DNA of 46,846 nt from Pseudomonadota bacterium (GTDB lineage Bacteria; Pseudomonadota; Alphaproteobacteria; Rhodobacterales; Rhodobacteraceae), in contig JBCCCB010000001.1 in NCBI GenBank assembly GCA_039033775.1, forward strand, positions 1 through 46,846. Direction: 5' to 3'. The first letter of the stretch is position 1, and every line of letters begins with the position of its first letter. The notes beneath the pieces were generated by a model. The model was given only the letters and a program-made list of their open reading frames with translations. It had not been told where the DNA came from and did no database searches. Below are positions 35,952 through 44,969 of the stretch, in pieces. Made by a program: the position numbers and the translations under genes.

Positions 35952-36478
35952 TGCAGCCCCTTCTTTTTGGGATCGTCTGGCTCGGTGGCGGGTGATCCGG
36001 ATTTCGCAGTCTTCGCGGTGCCTTCCGTCTTATCGTCCTCGGCCAGACCCTGGAAGAACTTCGCCTGTTCGCCCGCTATGATAGCCTCGGTCGCCAGGAC
36101 ATAGCGCTTTCGCGCCGTCTCGTCGTCGGTGTCATAGGCCCCCGCCACGTTGACGTAGAAGCGTGCTTCGCGCTTCATCATCTCGGATGCAAGCCGGTAC
36201 TCGGGCCAGACCTCGCCATCGCGCAAGACGCGGGCGGTGCCCTTCAGAACGATGATCGCGATCCCCAGGGCCGACACGATGAACACCATCCACTGCGGCC
36301 CCCCGGCGGCCGGCAGGGCCGCCACGAAGGCCCCGGCCACGATGATCGCGATGTCGGATCTCTGAGCCCGCGATTTCAGTTCGCTCGCCCGTTTGGAATA
36401 CCATTGACGTTCGGACGCATAGCCATCGGGGCCGTCGATGAAGGCGCGGCGCGCCTCGCGGTCGGGTTCGGCAGGCAT
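35948..36478 (-). CDS. DUF4231 / SLATT-type two-TM protein
   Basis: QWYSKRA, two TM helices, W..YR..SE.MKRE..Y...GAY, E.II..E pattern. Confidence 0.75.
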   Translation of the reverse strand: MPAEPDREARRAFIDGPDGYASERQWYSKRASELKSRAQRSDIAIIVAGAFVAALPAAGGPQWMVFIVSALGIAIIVLKGTARVLRDGEVWPEYRLASEMMKREARFYVNVAGAYDTDDETARKRYVLATEAIIAGEQAKFFQGLAEDDKTEGTAKTAKSGSPATEPDDPKKKGLQ

Positions 36479-36481
36479 TGT

Positions 36482-37606
36482 CTACTCCGGCATGAATGTC
36501 GGGAATTGGTTCGGCAGGTCGACGCTCTTGGCCATGTATCGTCCCACGCGGACCATGTCGGGAACGGCTGCGGCGCTGTCCATCTGCATTAGGCTGGCAT
36601 CCACATCGTCCAGGCCCATTGCGGCCAGCCCCTCGGCCGACAGGTCGGCATCGTATCGGGCATAGAGAAAGGCACGTTTGTCCGCGCCGTCCGCGGGGAT
36701 CATATCTCCCAGTTCCCGGTCGATGGGCGCGCCGGCGACGCAGCGGCCGAAGGTGCGGCAATTGATGTCGTTCTCGACCGACGCGGCGCGCATCATCTCG
36801 GCCGGGATCGTCATCGCGGTGCTGGCCAGACCTTCGCCATCGGCATGCGGATTGTCCATCAGCCTGAAGGCCGAGCCGGTTCCGACCGACACCAGCATCA
36901 GCCGATCCTCTCCCTCGGGCCAATTGCAGGAATAGGCCTCCTTGGTCGCCATTTTGTACAGCAGGAAAGCCGGATTGTTGTAGGGCGTCACACCGCCATC
37001 CTCGAAGAAGAACTGCTTATCGGGGTCGGCCGGGTCCCATTGCAGCCGTTCCGGCGCGAAGAATGTCGGCGCTGCGGTCGAAGCGCGGACCAGCTGCCAG
37101 AGCGGAATGTTCAGATTGCAATCCGCGCGCGTGCGGTCGTTGTATGTCGCCTTGGGGTTCGTCGAGATCGGCCAAGGGCTGTCGGTCTCGACATTCCGCG
37201 TGACCACAAGCAGGTGGCGGTCGTCGCGCAAGACGCCGCGGTCCTGCAATTGTGCGATCGTGGCATCGAAGAATTCATGGCGCAAAGTCTTGGTGATGTT
37301 GCTGTGGCGATAGCGGTGGCGTAACCTGTTCCAGATCGCGGCGCGGTCGAACATCTCTTCCGCGCGCTCGGTGTAGAACGTTTCAAGCTCGCGCGCCGAT
37401 TTGCCGATGGACAGACCGGCGGCCAGGATCGCGCCGGTCGAGGTGCCGCCGATATAGTCGAAGAAATCCCGCAGGCGAAAATCGGGATCGCCGCCCAGGA
37501 GGGCGCGCAGCTGATCTTCCATCGCGATCAGCGCCTGGACGCTGATAACACCCAGCACGCCGCCGCCATCCAGGGCCAGCAATCGCTTCTGTTTGGTCGA
37601 GAACAT
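36482..37606 (-). CDS. Patatin-like phospholipase
   Basis: LALDGGGVLG, GTSTG nucleophile, ASTAAPTFF, DGG, SVGTG. Confidence 0.93.
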   Translation of the reverse strand: MFSTKQKRLLALDGGGVLGVISVQALIAMEDQLRALLGGDPDFRLRDFFDYIGGTSTGAILAAGLSIGKSARELETFYTERAEEMFDRAAIWNRLRHRYRHSNITKTLRHEFFDATIAQLQDRGVLRDDRHLLVVTRNVETDSPWPISTNPKATYNDRTRADCNLNIPLWQLVRASTAAPTFFAPERLQWDPADPDKQFFFEDGGVTPYNNPAFLLYKMATKEAYSCNWPEGEDRLMLVSVGTGSAFRLMDNPHADGEGLASTAMTIPAEMMRAASVENDINCRTFGRCVAGAPIDRELGDMIPADGADKRAFLYARYDADLSAEGLAAMGLDDVDASLMQMDSAAAVPDMVRVGRYMAKSVDLPNQFPTFMPE

Positions 37607-38632
37607 CCCTTAACTCCCCTGTGCGTCACCCGTTGGCGAGTCTTGCGTCACAACGTCTTTAGGCGCGCGAATGGCGCCGTGGATGCGTGAGGTCCGATCG
37701 CGCAAGGCGTTGCTTTCGCGCGCTGGATAGACCAGCATTTCTTCACCCTTGGCTTATCCCGCGCGGAGGGCGGCCAGACGGCTTTCCATCTCTGTCGACC
37801 TCGTCATATCTGCCAAGCGCCCTGAAGGCCCCAAACCAAGCTGCCGCCCGTCAACGCCAGCATGACTTTGCCATGCTTGGATATCCAGAGGTGATCCAAT
37901 CGCCCAGCAAGTTCGTCCGCCCGGTCGACGTCAGGTTAGCGGCGTGGAATTCGGTCGCGCCGGTCGTACCGGCCTGGACGCTTGCCGCATCGAGGGAGCC
38001 AGGGGGCGTCAAGGCAGCGGTGCTGAAGCGGGCCTGGACATCGGCGTATCGCCCACGATCTTAGCCCTGGCTCAGGGCAGAAGCCACGATCGCCTATGGC
38101 GAGCCCCTTGCGTCGCAGGCCTCCAACCGGATCGGCGCCGATGACCACGAGGCGGACAGTCAGTCGACCGCCTTGGTTCAGGATCGCGCCTCGGGCGCAA
38201 TGCAGGCGCAGGTGGCCATCCCTCGTCGTGGACAGCGTAAGGTGCCAGCTTGGTTCGCCTTGACCGGGCAGCGCGATGGGATCCCTGCCGATCAGGATGC
38301 CTGGGCGACACACCAGGTCGGGAATGGCTTCGTCGATGACGCGAGCCAGGGCCACCCGGCTGGTCCGCGTCAGGTCAATCGCCTGGGGCGAGGCGGTAAA
38401 GCGGATCGCATCTCATCCGACTGCGTGGTGCAAGACCGGGGCGAGCCCCGGTGCCTCGACAGCCGTTTTCGGACGTTGGACCAAATGACTGCCATCGGCG
38501 CCACCGGTCATGCCGCAATCGCTTGGGCGGTGTCAGACCTGACGCCATGGACGGGACGACGGACGATACAAGCGAACCATCGCTGCGTGGCGGCTTCGAA
38601 GACGCCGTCCATAGGGAGAATGTGGCCGCGCC

Positions 38633-40999
38633 TCAGGTCTCTCGGACATAGACAAGGGCCATTGCATCCTGCAGCGTGATCGGGCCCCCCATATAGTCGG
38701 TGCCGATAGAGGGCGTCCGCAACGCAAGCCGCCAACCGGATCCCTTCAAACCGGGCACCGGTAAGACGAGCGGGTCGATCTCGGCGGTCGGTTTGCCCTC
38801 CATATGCGCGACGGCGAAGACTTGCTCGCCATCGGGGCCGTGGCGAAGCGATGTGAATACGGTGCGGCCTTCGATCGGTTGCAGGTAGTCGAACCGGTCC
38901 TGTGGGCCGTAATTGGACCTGAGCCACGGGCGAGCGCGCCGGAAATTCCGGACGTTCAGGCAGAACGCGGCCTGGTCCGGATCGAGCGAAGGAAGGGAAT
39001 TGGCGACGTTGCAATATTCATGCATGTCGTCCATCCAGGCCCGCGCGATTTCCTTGAGCGACGCGACGGTGAAGTCGGGACCGGCGAGCGGGGGTTCCGA
39101 GGCATTGAGCAGCCGCGCAATCTCTTCGAGATTGTATTCGGTCACCTCCACCAGGGCGGGCAGGAACTCCATGAATCTGGCCAGTGTCTCGCGCGTCTCG
39201 AAGCCCATCTCCTTGAGGCGGCGAAAGTTCGACGGGACAGAGTAGCTGTATTCGTCCACCTGCCATTTCAGGCTGATCGCCTCTTCGGCCACGACCTTCA
39301 CACCGTATCGGTCATCCTGGTTGCGAATGAAGCCCCAGCTGCCCCGCGCCATGGCGTTCAGGAAATCCATGGGAACACCGGGCATGGCCACATAGGTCAG
39401 GATGTGCACCGCCGGGTTGTCGTAGGCCTTGTCCAAGATCTCCATCCGGGTCCGGCCAAGCCGGGTGTTCACGTTGAGCTTCAGGCTGACCTGCGTGCCG
39501 CGGCGAAGGGTGTCGTGGTTCGACGTCCCGGAAATCCAGTTCTCGCCCGCTGTCACCATCTCCTGTATCCGCCAGAACTTCGACAGCCAGAAAGTGTAGA
39601 GGAACGGCGTGTTGTGGGCGAAGGTCAGCGGACCCCATTGGAAGACGTCATCGTCGCGCTGGTTTTCGATGACGGCCCGGTAGGTGGAGGACAGCTCCCA
39701 ATCCTCCTCGGGCCAGGGGCGGCCATCTTCGAAGATGAACCACGGGCGGTACTCGGTACCGGCTACGTTTTGAACGATGTCGGCCATGGATTGCAGGTAG
39801 TCGTCGTCGTGGCGCAATTCCTGCGCGGCGGCGTCCCACCACTTGAAGTCCTGCGCGCCGTCGACGCGCACGCCGTCGGCGCCGAAATCGACCTTGCGGC
39901 GCTGCATCTCCAGCAGGATCGCGCGCACGGCGGGGTTCTGATAGTCGAGGTTCTGGCCATACATGTTCGGGCCGGCGAAGAAATGACCGTTCAGCGCGCG
40001 CAGCCCCTGATTGTCGGAATGGCCGAACACAACGTCGAAGATCAGCTTCTTGGGCTTGGACGGAAACGTGTGGAGCACGGCGGCGAGGTCCACCAACTCG
40101 TCCGGGCGGCCGGTCTCGAGAAGGACGGGATTGACCGTGGCCATCCCCGAGATAACGATGTCGTAGCCCCAATTCGTCGTGTCTGGCCGCAACAGCGAGA
40201 CCGACACGGTGTCGTCGTCGCCGTCGGTTTCCTGCCAGAAGTCGGGGCCGACTTCGTAAACCGTCGTCGGTTCGACCGGCAGAAGTTGGACGGCGTCATA
40301 GCCCAGGAAGAGCTGGTCCGCCGGCTCCAGCGGCAGGTCGCGGGCGACGCGTTCGGCCAGGCGTTGGTAATGTCGGGTGAGGCTGGCCAGCGTTCCGCCC
40401 GCGGTCGCCGTCGGCACATGGATCTGAAGGATGTTCGTGGGCGGGCCGAATTTGTGCGGCGCGTCACCTTTCAGCGCCTCGAAATAGGCCCAGTCGCCGC
40501 GCGCTGACTGCATCGCCGCCACGTCATAAAGCTCGGCCGGGGCCATGGCGCCGAAGGGCAGCGACATGGCCAGCGGGTCGAACACCCGGTGCCAGCGATC
40601 CTCGGCGTCGCGCCAGGCCAGCGCGTAGAAATCGCCGATCTCCTCGCGCGTGCCCGCCTTCATGCCGGTGACGGCGGTGAAGCAATGGGACTCCTCGCGG
40701 ATCACGGGCACCCAGGCACGCTCGAACCGCATGGACTGATGCGCCCGGGTCAGGTCCAGCGGTTCGAGCGGACGCAAAATCTCCAGAAAGACGTCGCCCG
40801 ATTGCACGCGGGCATCCAGAAGTTCGGGCGTCCAGAAGCCGAAGACGGCAGAGCCGTCCTGGATCCGCGCGCCAAGGCGGCTGGCAATGCGGCTTTCTCC
40901 CTCAAAGCTCGTTGTCGCGGTCATCAGGGCGTGCCGCGCGGCAATGGCCTCGGCGCGGGCGGCGTCTTCGATGAACTGGATGGATTTCTTGAATGACAT
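38633..40999 (-). CDS. gghA: Glucosylglycerol hydrolase GghA-like (GH13-related) protein
   Basis: FGFWTPE, NWGYD, DVVFGHSDNQ, GVRVDGAQDF, FEDGRPWP, NHDT; family recognised from memory. Confidence 0.75.
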   Translation of the reverse strand: MSFKKSIQFIEDAARAEAIAARHALMTATTSFEGESRIASRLGARIQDGSAVFGFWTPELLDARVQSGDVFLEILRPLEPLDLTRAHQSMRFERAWVPVIREESHCFTAVTGMKAGTREEIGDFYALAWRDAEDRWHRVFDPLAMSLPFGAMAPAELYDVAAMQSARGDWAYFEALKGDAPHKFGPPTNILQIHVPTATAGGTLASLTRHYQRLAERVARDLPLEPADQLFLGYDAVQLLPVEPTTVYEVGPDFWQETDGDDDTVSVSLLRPDTTNWGYDIVISGMATVNPVLLETGRPDELVDLAAVLHTFPSKPKKLIFDVVFGHSDNQGLRALNGHFFAGPNMYGQNLDYQNPAVRAILLEMQRRKVDFGADGVRVDGAQDFKWWDAAAQELRHDDDYLQSMADIVQNVAGTEYRPWFIFEDGRPWPEEDWELSSTYRAVIENQRDDDVFQWGPLTFAHNTPFLYTFWLSKFWRIQEMVTAGENWISGTSNHDTLRRGTQVSLKLNVNTRLGRTRMEILDKAYDNPAVHILTYVAMPGVPMDFLNAMARGSWGFIRNQDDRYGVKVVAEEAISLKWQVDEYSYSVPSNFRRLKEMGFETRETLARFMEFLPALVEVTEYNLEEIARLLNASEPPLAGPDFTVASLKEIARAWMDDMHEYCNVANSLPSLDPDQAAFCLNVRNFRRARPWLRSNYGPQDRFDYLQPIEGRTVFTSLRHGPDGEQVFAVAHMEGKPTAEIDPLVLPVPGLKGSGWRLALRTPSIGTDYMGGPITLQDAMALVYVRET

Positions 41000-41137
41000 C
41001 TTTCGTTCCTTCTCCAACCGCTCCCCCGCTTGGCGGGCCAATCTTCGGGGTCAGACCCCATCCGCGCCGTCGGATCAAGTTGCCTGAAGGAGATCTGTCG
41101 TCGAGAGCGTTGGAAGATATCTTTCCGCGCTCCCGGC

Positions 41138-41332
41138 CTCTCGCAGAAGACCGCTTAGCTAATGGTCTTCACGCTGATCCGGGCCGCCTCGAGGAGCAGG
41201 CGCCGCCTGTCAGGCGCCAACCAGTTGCCCTTGGTCGTCGAAGGCATCAAGTTCATAGATGGTTTCACCACCAGCCATGCCACAAACCGCGCCACCTGGT
41301 CAGTTCGCGTCACTTAAAATCAGGCATAGCTC
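41138..41332 (+). mobile_element. IS256-family remnant (transposase C-terminus and right end)
   Basis: LSQKTA*LMVFTLIRAASRSRRRLSGANQLPLVVEGIKFIDG followed by ...CGTCACTTAAAATCAGGCATAGCTC end; internal stop. Confidence 0.65.
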
Positions 41333-41785
41333 GTCGGGCCATGATGGCCGTCGGTTCCCGAGTGACGCGCGGCCCGGACAGCGACGCGTCCGCCGCCGGG
41401 GCCAGACACTCGCGCTGGAAGTCGTCGACAACGGCCTGCAACCGGAACCTGCGCCCGTCTTTGAAGGCGTCAGAGACGAAGTCCAGGCTCCAGGGCTTGA
41501 TGGGTAGCTGCGGCACCAGCATCGGCCTGCGTGTCCGAAGGGGTCGCTTTCTGCTGCCGCGCGTCCGGCACTTCAAAACCTCGGAACTTGGCCTTCCATT
41601 TGTAAGAACACCGCCGAGTTGATCCCCTGCTCCCGGCACATGTCTACCGTTGCAACGCCGCTCTCCAATTGCTTCAGGGTTGCGATGATCTGCTTTTCGC
41701 TGAACCGTGATCGCTTCAGTCTCTCCGTCTACCTCTTTGGACCGGCCTCTACCTCAGAATGGAGGACGAAACGGGTCTGAGGTCA
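41333..41785 (-). mobile_element. IS3-family remnant (left IR, decayed orfA, internally deleted orfB)
   Basis: Left end TGACCTCAGACCCGTTTCGTCCTCC; orfA KRSRFSEKQIIA..YKWKAKF with frameshift; orfB WSLDFVSD..GRRFR..VVDDFQRECLA. Confidence 0.85.
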
Positions 41786-41887
41786 CTTCTACCCTTGTCC
41801 TCAAATCTCTATGGCTCCGATGCCGCGCAGAATCGCGAAGGGCCGGATCGCATGTCCGGCCCTTGGCTATGTCTTGTGATATGAATG

Positions 41888-41910
41888 ATGGCGGCCTATC
41901 AGGCCGCCAT
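41888..41910. terminator. Hairpin ATGGCGGCCT-atc-AGGCCGCCAT over the small-ORF stop
   Basis: Perfect 10-bp stem; U-tract weak. Confidence 0.45.
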
Positions 41911-42030
41911 GATCGGTCGACCAGTGAAGACCCGCCGGCCGACACGAACCTGCATTTTCCCGCATTCAAGCATCTTCACGAAGATGCCTTGAATGGAGAT
42001 ATGCTCTCCGATCGTTACAGTGCGTACCAT
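41899..42030 (-). CDS. Small hypothetical protein, 43 aa (MVRTVTIGEHISIQGIFVKMLECGKMQVRVGRRVFTGRPIMAA)
   Basis: AGGAGG RBS, beta-strand-like pattern, upstream CtrA box; not in ORF track. Confidence 0.7.
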   Translation of the reverse strand: MVRTVTIGEHISIQGIFVKMLECGKMQVRVGRRVFTGRPIMAA

Positions 42031-42073
42031 CCAGCTTCCTCCTACTGGTGTTACCTGAGTGTCATGGAATGTA

Positions 42074-42088
42074 TTAACTTCTGGTTAA
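42074..42088. promoter_or_regulatory. CtrA binding site TTAA-N7-TTAA
   Basis: TTAACTTCTGGTTAA in an AT-rich spacer 43 bp upstream of the small ORF. Confidence 0.65.
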
Positions 42089-42145
42089 GAGGAAAGGATT
42101 ATTCCCTCAACAGCGACACAATGTTTCGTGAAAGGGCTGTGGGAG

Positions 42146-42583
42146 TCACAGCCAGTCGCGGAGGATGGGGATTAGCGGCAGATCCGCTGCGGGCATGGGG
42201 TAGTCGCGCAAACGGGCGGGCGCTGCCCAGGCCAAGGTCTGACCTTCGCGGGCGCGGGGGATGCCGTCCCATTTTCGGCAAGCGAAGACGGGCATCAGCA
42301 GGTGGAAGTCGTCATAGCCGTGGGACGCGAATGTCAGCGGCGCAAGGCAAGACGCCCAAGTGTCGATACCCAGTTCCTCCTGCAATTCCCGGATCAGGGC
42401 GGTTTCCGGCGTCTCGCCGGGTTCGACCTTGCCGCCTGGAAATTCCCATAGGCCAGCCATGGATTTGCCGGCCGGGCGCTGGGCCAGCAGAACGCGATTG
42501 TCGGGGTCGATCAGGGCGACGGCCGAGACCAGAACGACCTTAACGGATGGCGGTGCGGACCGGGGTTCCAATCCGGTGCTCAA
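42146..42583 (-). CDS. mutT: 8-oxo-dGTP diphosphatase (Nudix)
   Basis: WEFPGGKVEPGETPETALIRELQEELG Nudix box; follows argJ. Confidence 0.93.
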   Translation of the reverse strand: MSTGLEPRSAPPSVKVVLVSAVALIDPDNRVLLAQRPAGKSMAGLWEFPGGKVEPGETPETALIRELQEELGIDTWASCLAPLTFASHGYDDFHLLMPVFACRKWDGIPRAREGQTLAWAAPARLRDYPMPAADLPLIPILRDWL

Positions 42584-43944
42584 GACCGGTAATCCGCGTT
42601 GATCTCGATATATCGCTTGGTCAGATCACAGGTCCACATGGTGTCCTGCGCGGTGCCCATACCAAGGTCGACCGTCAGGGTGATCTCTTGCCGGGTCATG
42701 TAGGCGGCCCCTGCCTCTTCGGTATAATCGGGCGACACCTGGCCGTTTTCGGCCACCAGGATATCGCCGAAGCGGATCGTCAGCTTGTCGCGGTCGGCGC
42801 GGGCGCCGGACTTGCCGACGGCCATGACGACGCGGCCCCAGTTCGGATCCTCTCCGGCGATGGCGGTCTTGACCAGCGGTGAATTGGCGATGGCCGACGC
42901 GACCCGCCGGGCATCCAGCGCGTTGGCGGCGCCGGTCACCCGGACCTCGACCAATTTGGTGGCGCCTTCGCCGTCGCGGACCAGTTGCAGGGCCAGATCG
43001 TGCAGAACCTCGTGCAGCGTCGCCTTGAAGGCGCGGCCCGCGGCCGTGCGGGCCGAGGTGATCGGGTCGTGCTTGGCGCGGTTGGTGGCGGCCACGATCA
43101 GCGTGTCGGAGGTGGAGGTGTCGCTGTCGACGGTGACCGCATTGAACGTTTGCTTCGTCAGATCCGACACCATGGTCTGCAAGGGTCGGTCGCCGACAAC
43201 CGCGTCGGTGAAGACATAGGCCAGCATCGTTGCCATGTCGGGGGCGATCATGCCCGAACCCTTTGCGATGCCCGAAATCGTCACCGGCGTGCCGTCGATC
43301 TCGACCGTCCGGGTGGCGCCTTTGGGGAAGGTGTCGGTGGTCATGATGGCGCGGGCCGCATCGGCCAGCGCGTCCGGCGACAGCGCCTTGGCGACCTTGT
43401 CGATAACCTTGTTGATCTTCTCATGGGGCAGCGGAGCGCCGATCACGCCGGTCGACGCCGTCAGCACGCGGGCCGGCGGCAGGCCCAGCGCGTGGCTGGC
43501 GGCCTTGCAGACCGCGTCCACGCTGTCGGCGCCGCCTTGGCCGGTGAAGGCGTTGGCATTGCCGGAATTGACCAGCAGTGCCCAGCCGCCCGACGCGTCC
43601 CGCGCCTTCAGCTTAGCCTGGCAATCCAGGACCGCGGCGGACCGGGTGGCCGATTTGGTGAAGACCCCGGCCACCGAACTGCCGGGCGAGATTTCGGCCA
43701 GCATGACGTCGGTGCGCTTCTTCTGCTTGATCCCGGCCTGGCCGGTGGCCAGGCGCACGCCGTCGATGGCGGGCAGGTCGGGAAACGGGACAGCGAGGGG
43801 CGAGATCGGCGGACCGGCGGGCGCCGCAAGCGCCGCCTCAAGCTCCGCGATGCGGGCCAGCAGGTCCGTCTTCTTCAGCTTGGGCTCATCAAGCTTGTCA
43901 GCTTTCTTCGCCTTCTTCTTCTTGGCCTTTTCGCCCTTCGCCAT
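42580..43944 (-). CDS. argJ: Bifunctional ornithine acetyltransferase / N-acetylglutamate synthase
   Basis: NSGNANAFTG, IMTTDT, AKGSGMIAPDMATML, DGEGATK, NWGRVVMAVG, INADYRS. Confidence 0.97.
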   Translation of the reverse strand: MAKGEKAKKKKAKKADKLDEPKLKKTDLLARIAELEAALAAPAGPPISPLAVPFPDLPAIDGVRLATGQAGIKQKKRTDVMLAEISPGSSVAGVFTKSATRSAAVLDCQAKLKARDASGGWALLVNSGNANAFTGQGGADSVDAVCKAASHALGLPPARVLTASTGVIGAPLPHEKINKVIDKVAKALSPDALADAARAIMTTDTFPKGATRTVEIDGTPVTISGIAKGSGMIAPDMATMLAYVFTDAVVGDRPLQTMVSDLTKQTFNAVTVDSDTSTSDTLIVAATNRAKHDPITSARTAAGRAFKATLHEVLHDLALQLVRDGEGATKLVEVRVTGAANALDARRVASAIANSPLVKTAIAGEDPNWGRVVMAVGKSGARADRDKLTIRFGDILVAENGQVSPDYTEEAGAAYMTRQEITLTVDLGMGTAQDTMWTCDLTKRYIEINADYRS

Positions 43945-43950
43945 CGCCGC

Positions 43951-44778
43951 TCACTCCAGCAGATCGGTGTCGCGGATCAGGGCGGGGTCGATCTCCACCT
44001 CGGTGCGCACCACGTTCGCGTTCTCTTGCAGGCGATCCAATTCGGCGGTGACGGCGTCGTTGCGCAACTCGTTCACCAACTCGGCCCGGACTTGGTCCAG
44101 TCCCGGCGCCTGCTGGTCGCGCGTCTCGTTCAGCTTGACGACGTGCCAGCCGAACTGCGTCTGGACCGGGGCGCTGACGGCGCCCGCTTCCAGTTCGACG
44201 ACGGTGGCCTCGAATTCGGGAACCATCTGGCCCGGGCCGAACCAGCCCAGATTGCCGCCGGACGGACCGGACGGACCGGTGGAATGCTCGCGCGCGAGCT
44301 CGGCGAAGTCGGCGCCGTCTTCCAGCTGGGCGACCAGCGCCTGGGCCTGGGCCTCGGTCTCGACCAGGATGTGGGAGGCGTTGAATTCAGGTTCCGGCGT
44401 CTCGCTTCCATATCGTTCGTCATACAGCGCCTGAAGCGCCGCTTCGTCGATGGGCTGGCTGGCGACGTCGTCGATCAGGCGGCCGGCCAGGAAGGCGCGG
44501 CGTTCGTTTTCCAGGCCGATGCGGTCCGCGTCGGACAGATCTTCGGTTACGACATCGGCCAGGACCTGCTGCTGGATGATCTGTTCCAGCATCGCCTGGT
44601 ACAGCGCGTCATCGGGCAATTGCTGGTATTGGGCCGGCAGGCGCCCGCGGAGCGAAATCAGGTGGCCCAACGTGATGTCGGTGCCGTTGACGGTGGCCAG
44701 CACGGTCGAGGCGTCCTGGGCCTGGACGGGGGCGGCAAGCAGCAGGGCGATCGCGGCCCCGGTCAGCAGTCGTTTCAT
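43951..44778 (-). CDS. PpiC-type peptidylprolyl isomerase
   Basis: Signal peptide; ASHILVE, GGNLGWF, PVQTQFGWHVV. Confidence 0.93.
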   Translation of the reverse strand: MKRLLTGAAIALLLAAPVQAQDASTVLATVNGTDITLGHLISLRGRLPAQYQQLPDDALYQAMLEQIIQQQVLADVVTEDLSDADRIGLENERRAFLAGRLIDDVASQPIDEAALQALYDERYGSETPEPEFNASHILVETEAQAQALVAQLEDGADFAELAREHSTGPSGPSGGNLGWFGPGQMVPEFEATVVELEAGAVSAPVQTQFGWHVVKLNETRDQQAPGLDQVRAELVNELRNDAVTAELDRLQENANVVRTEVEIDPALIRDTDLLE

Positions 44779-44969
44779 GAGACGTCGTCCTTTCCGGCCG
44801 TCTGCGGCCGATGATCGTGAGGTATCCCGTCTGGGGCGTTCGTTGACACCCGATGGGTCAGGTCTTAGGTGCGGCCAAGGCAAATTTTTCCGCGCCCGCC
44901 CGTGATTTTCCCCTTCCTGATATGGGGCTGTGACACGGTCGGCAAGGGCGCGAGGCGAGGGATATCGGC

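Noticed and set aside
34662-37606. Calling the patatin/TIR operon CBASS or Thoeris
   Set aside because: No CD-NTase, SAVED, STING, or SIR2-SLOG/Macro ThsA gene is visible
37687-38679. ORFs of 125-168 aa between patatin and gghA
   Set aside because: No recognisable motifs or clear RBS, and they conflict with one another; not called as genes
38804-40507. 567-aa plus-strand ORF
   Set aside because: Antisense shadow of the GghA-like gene
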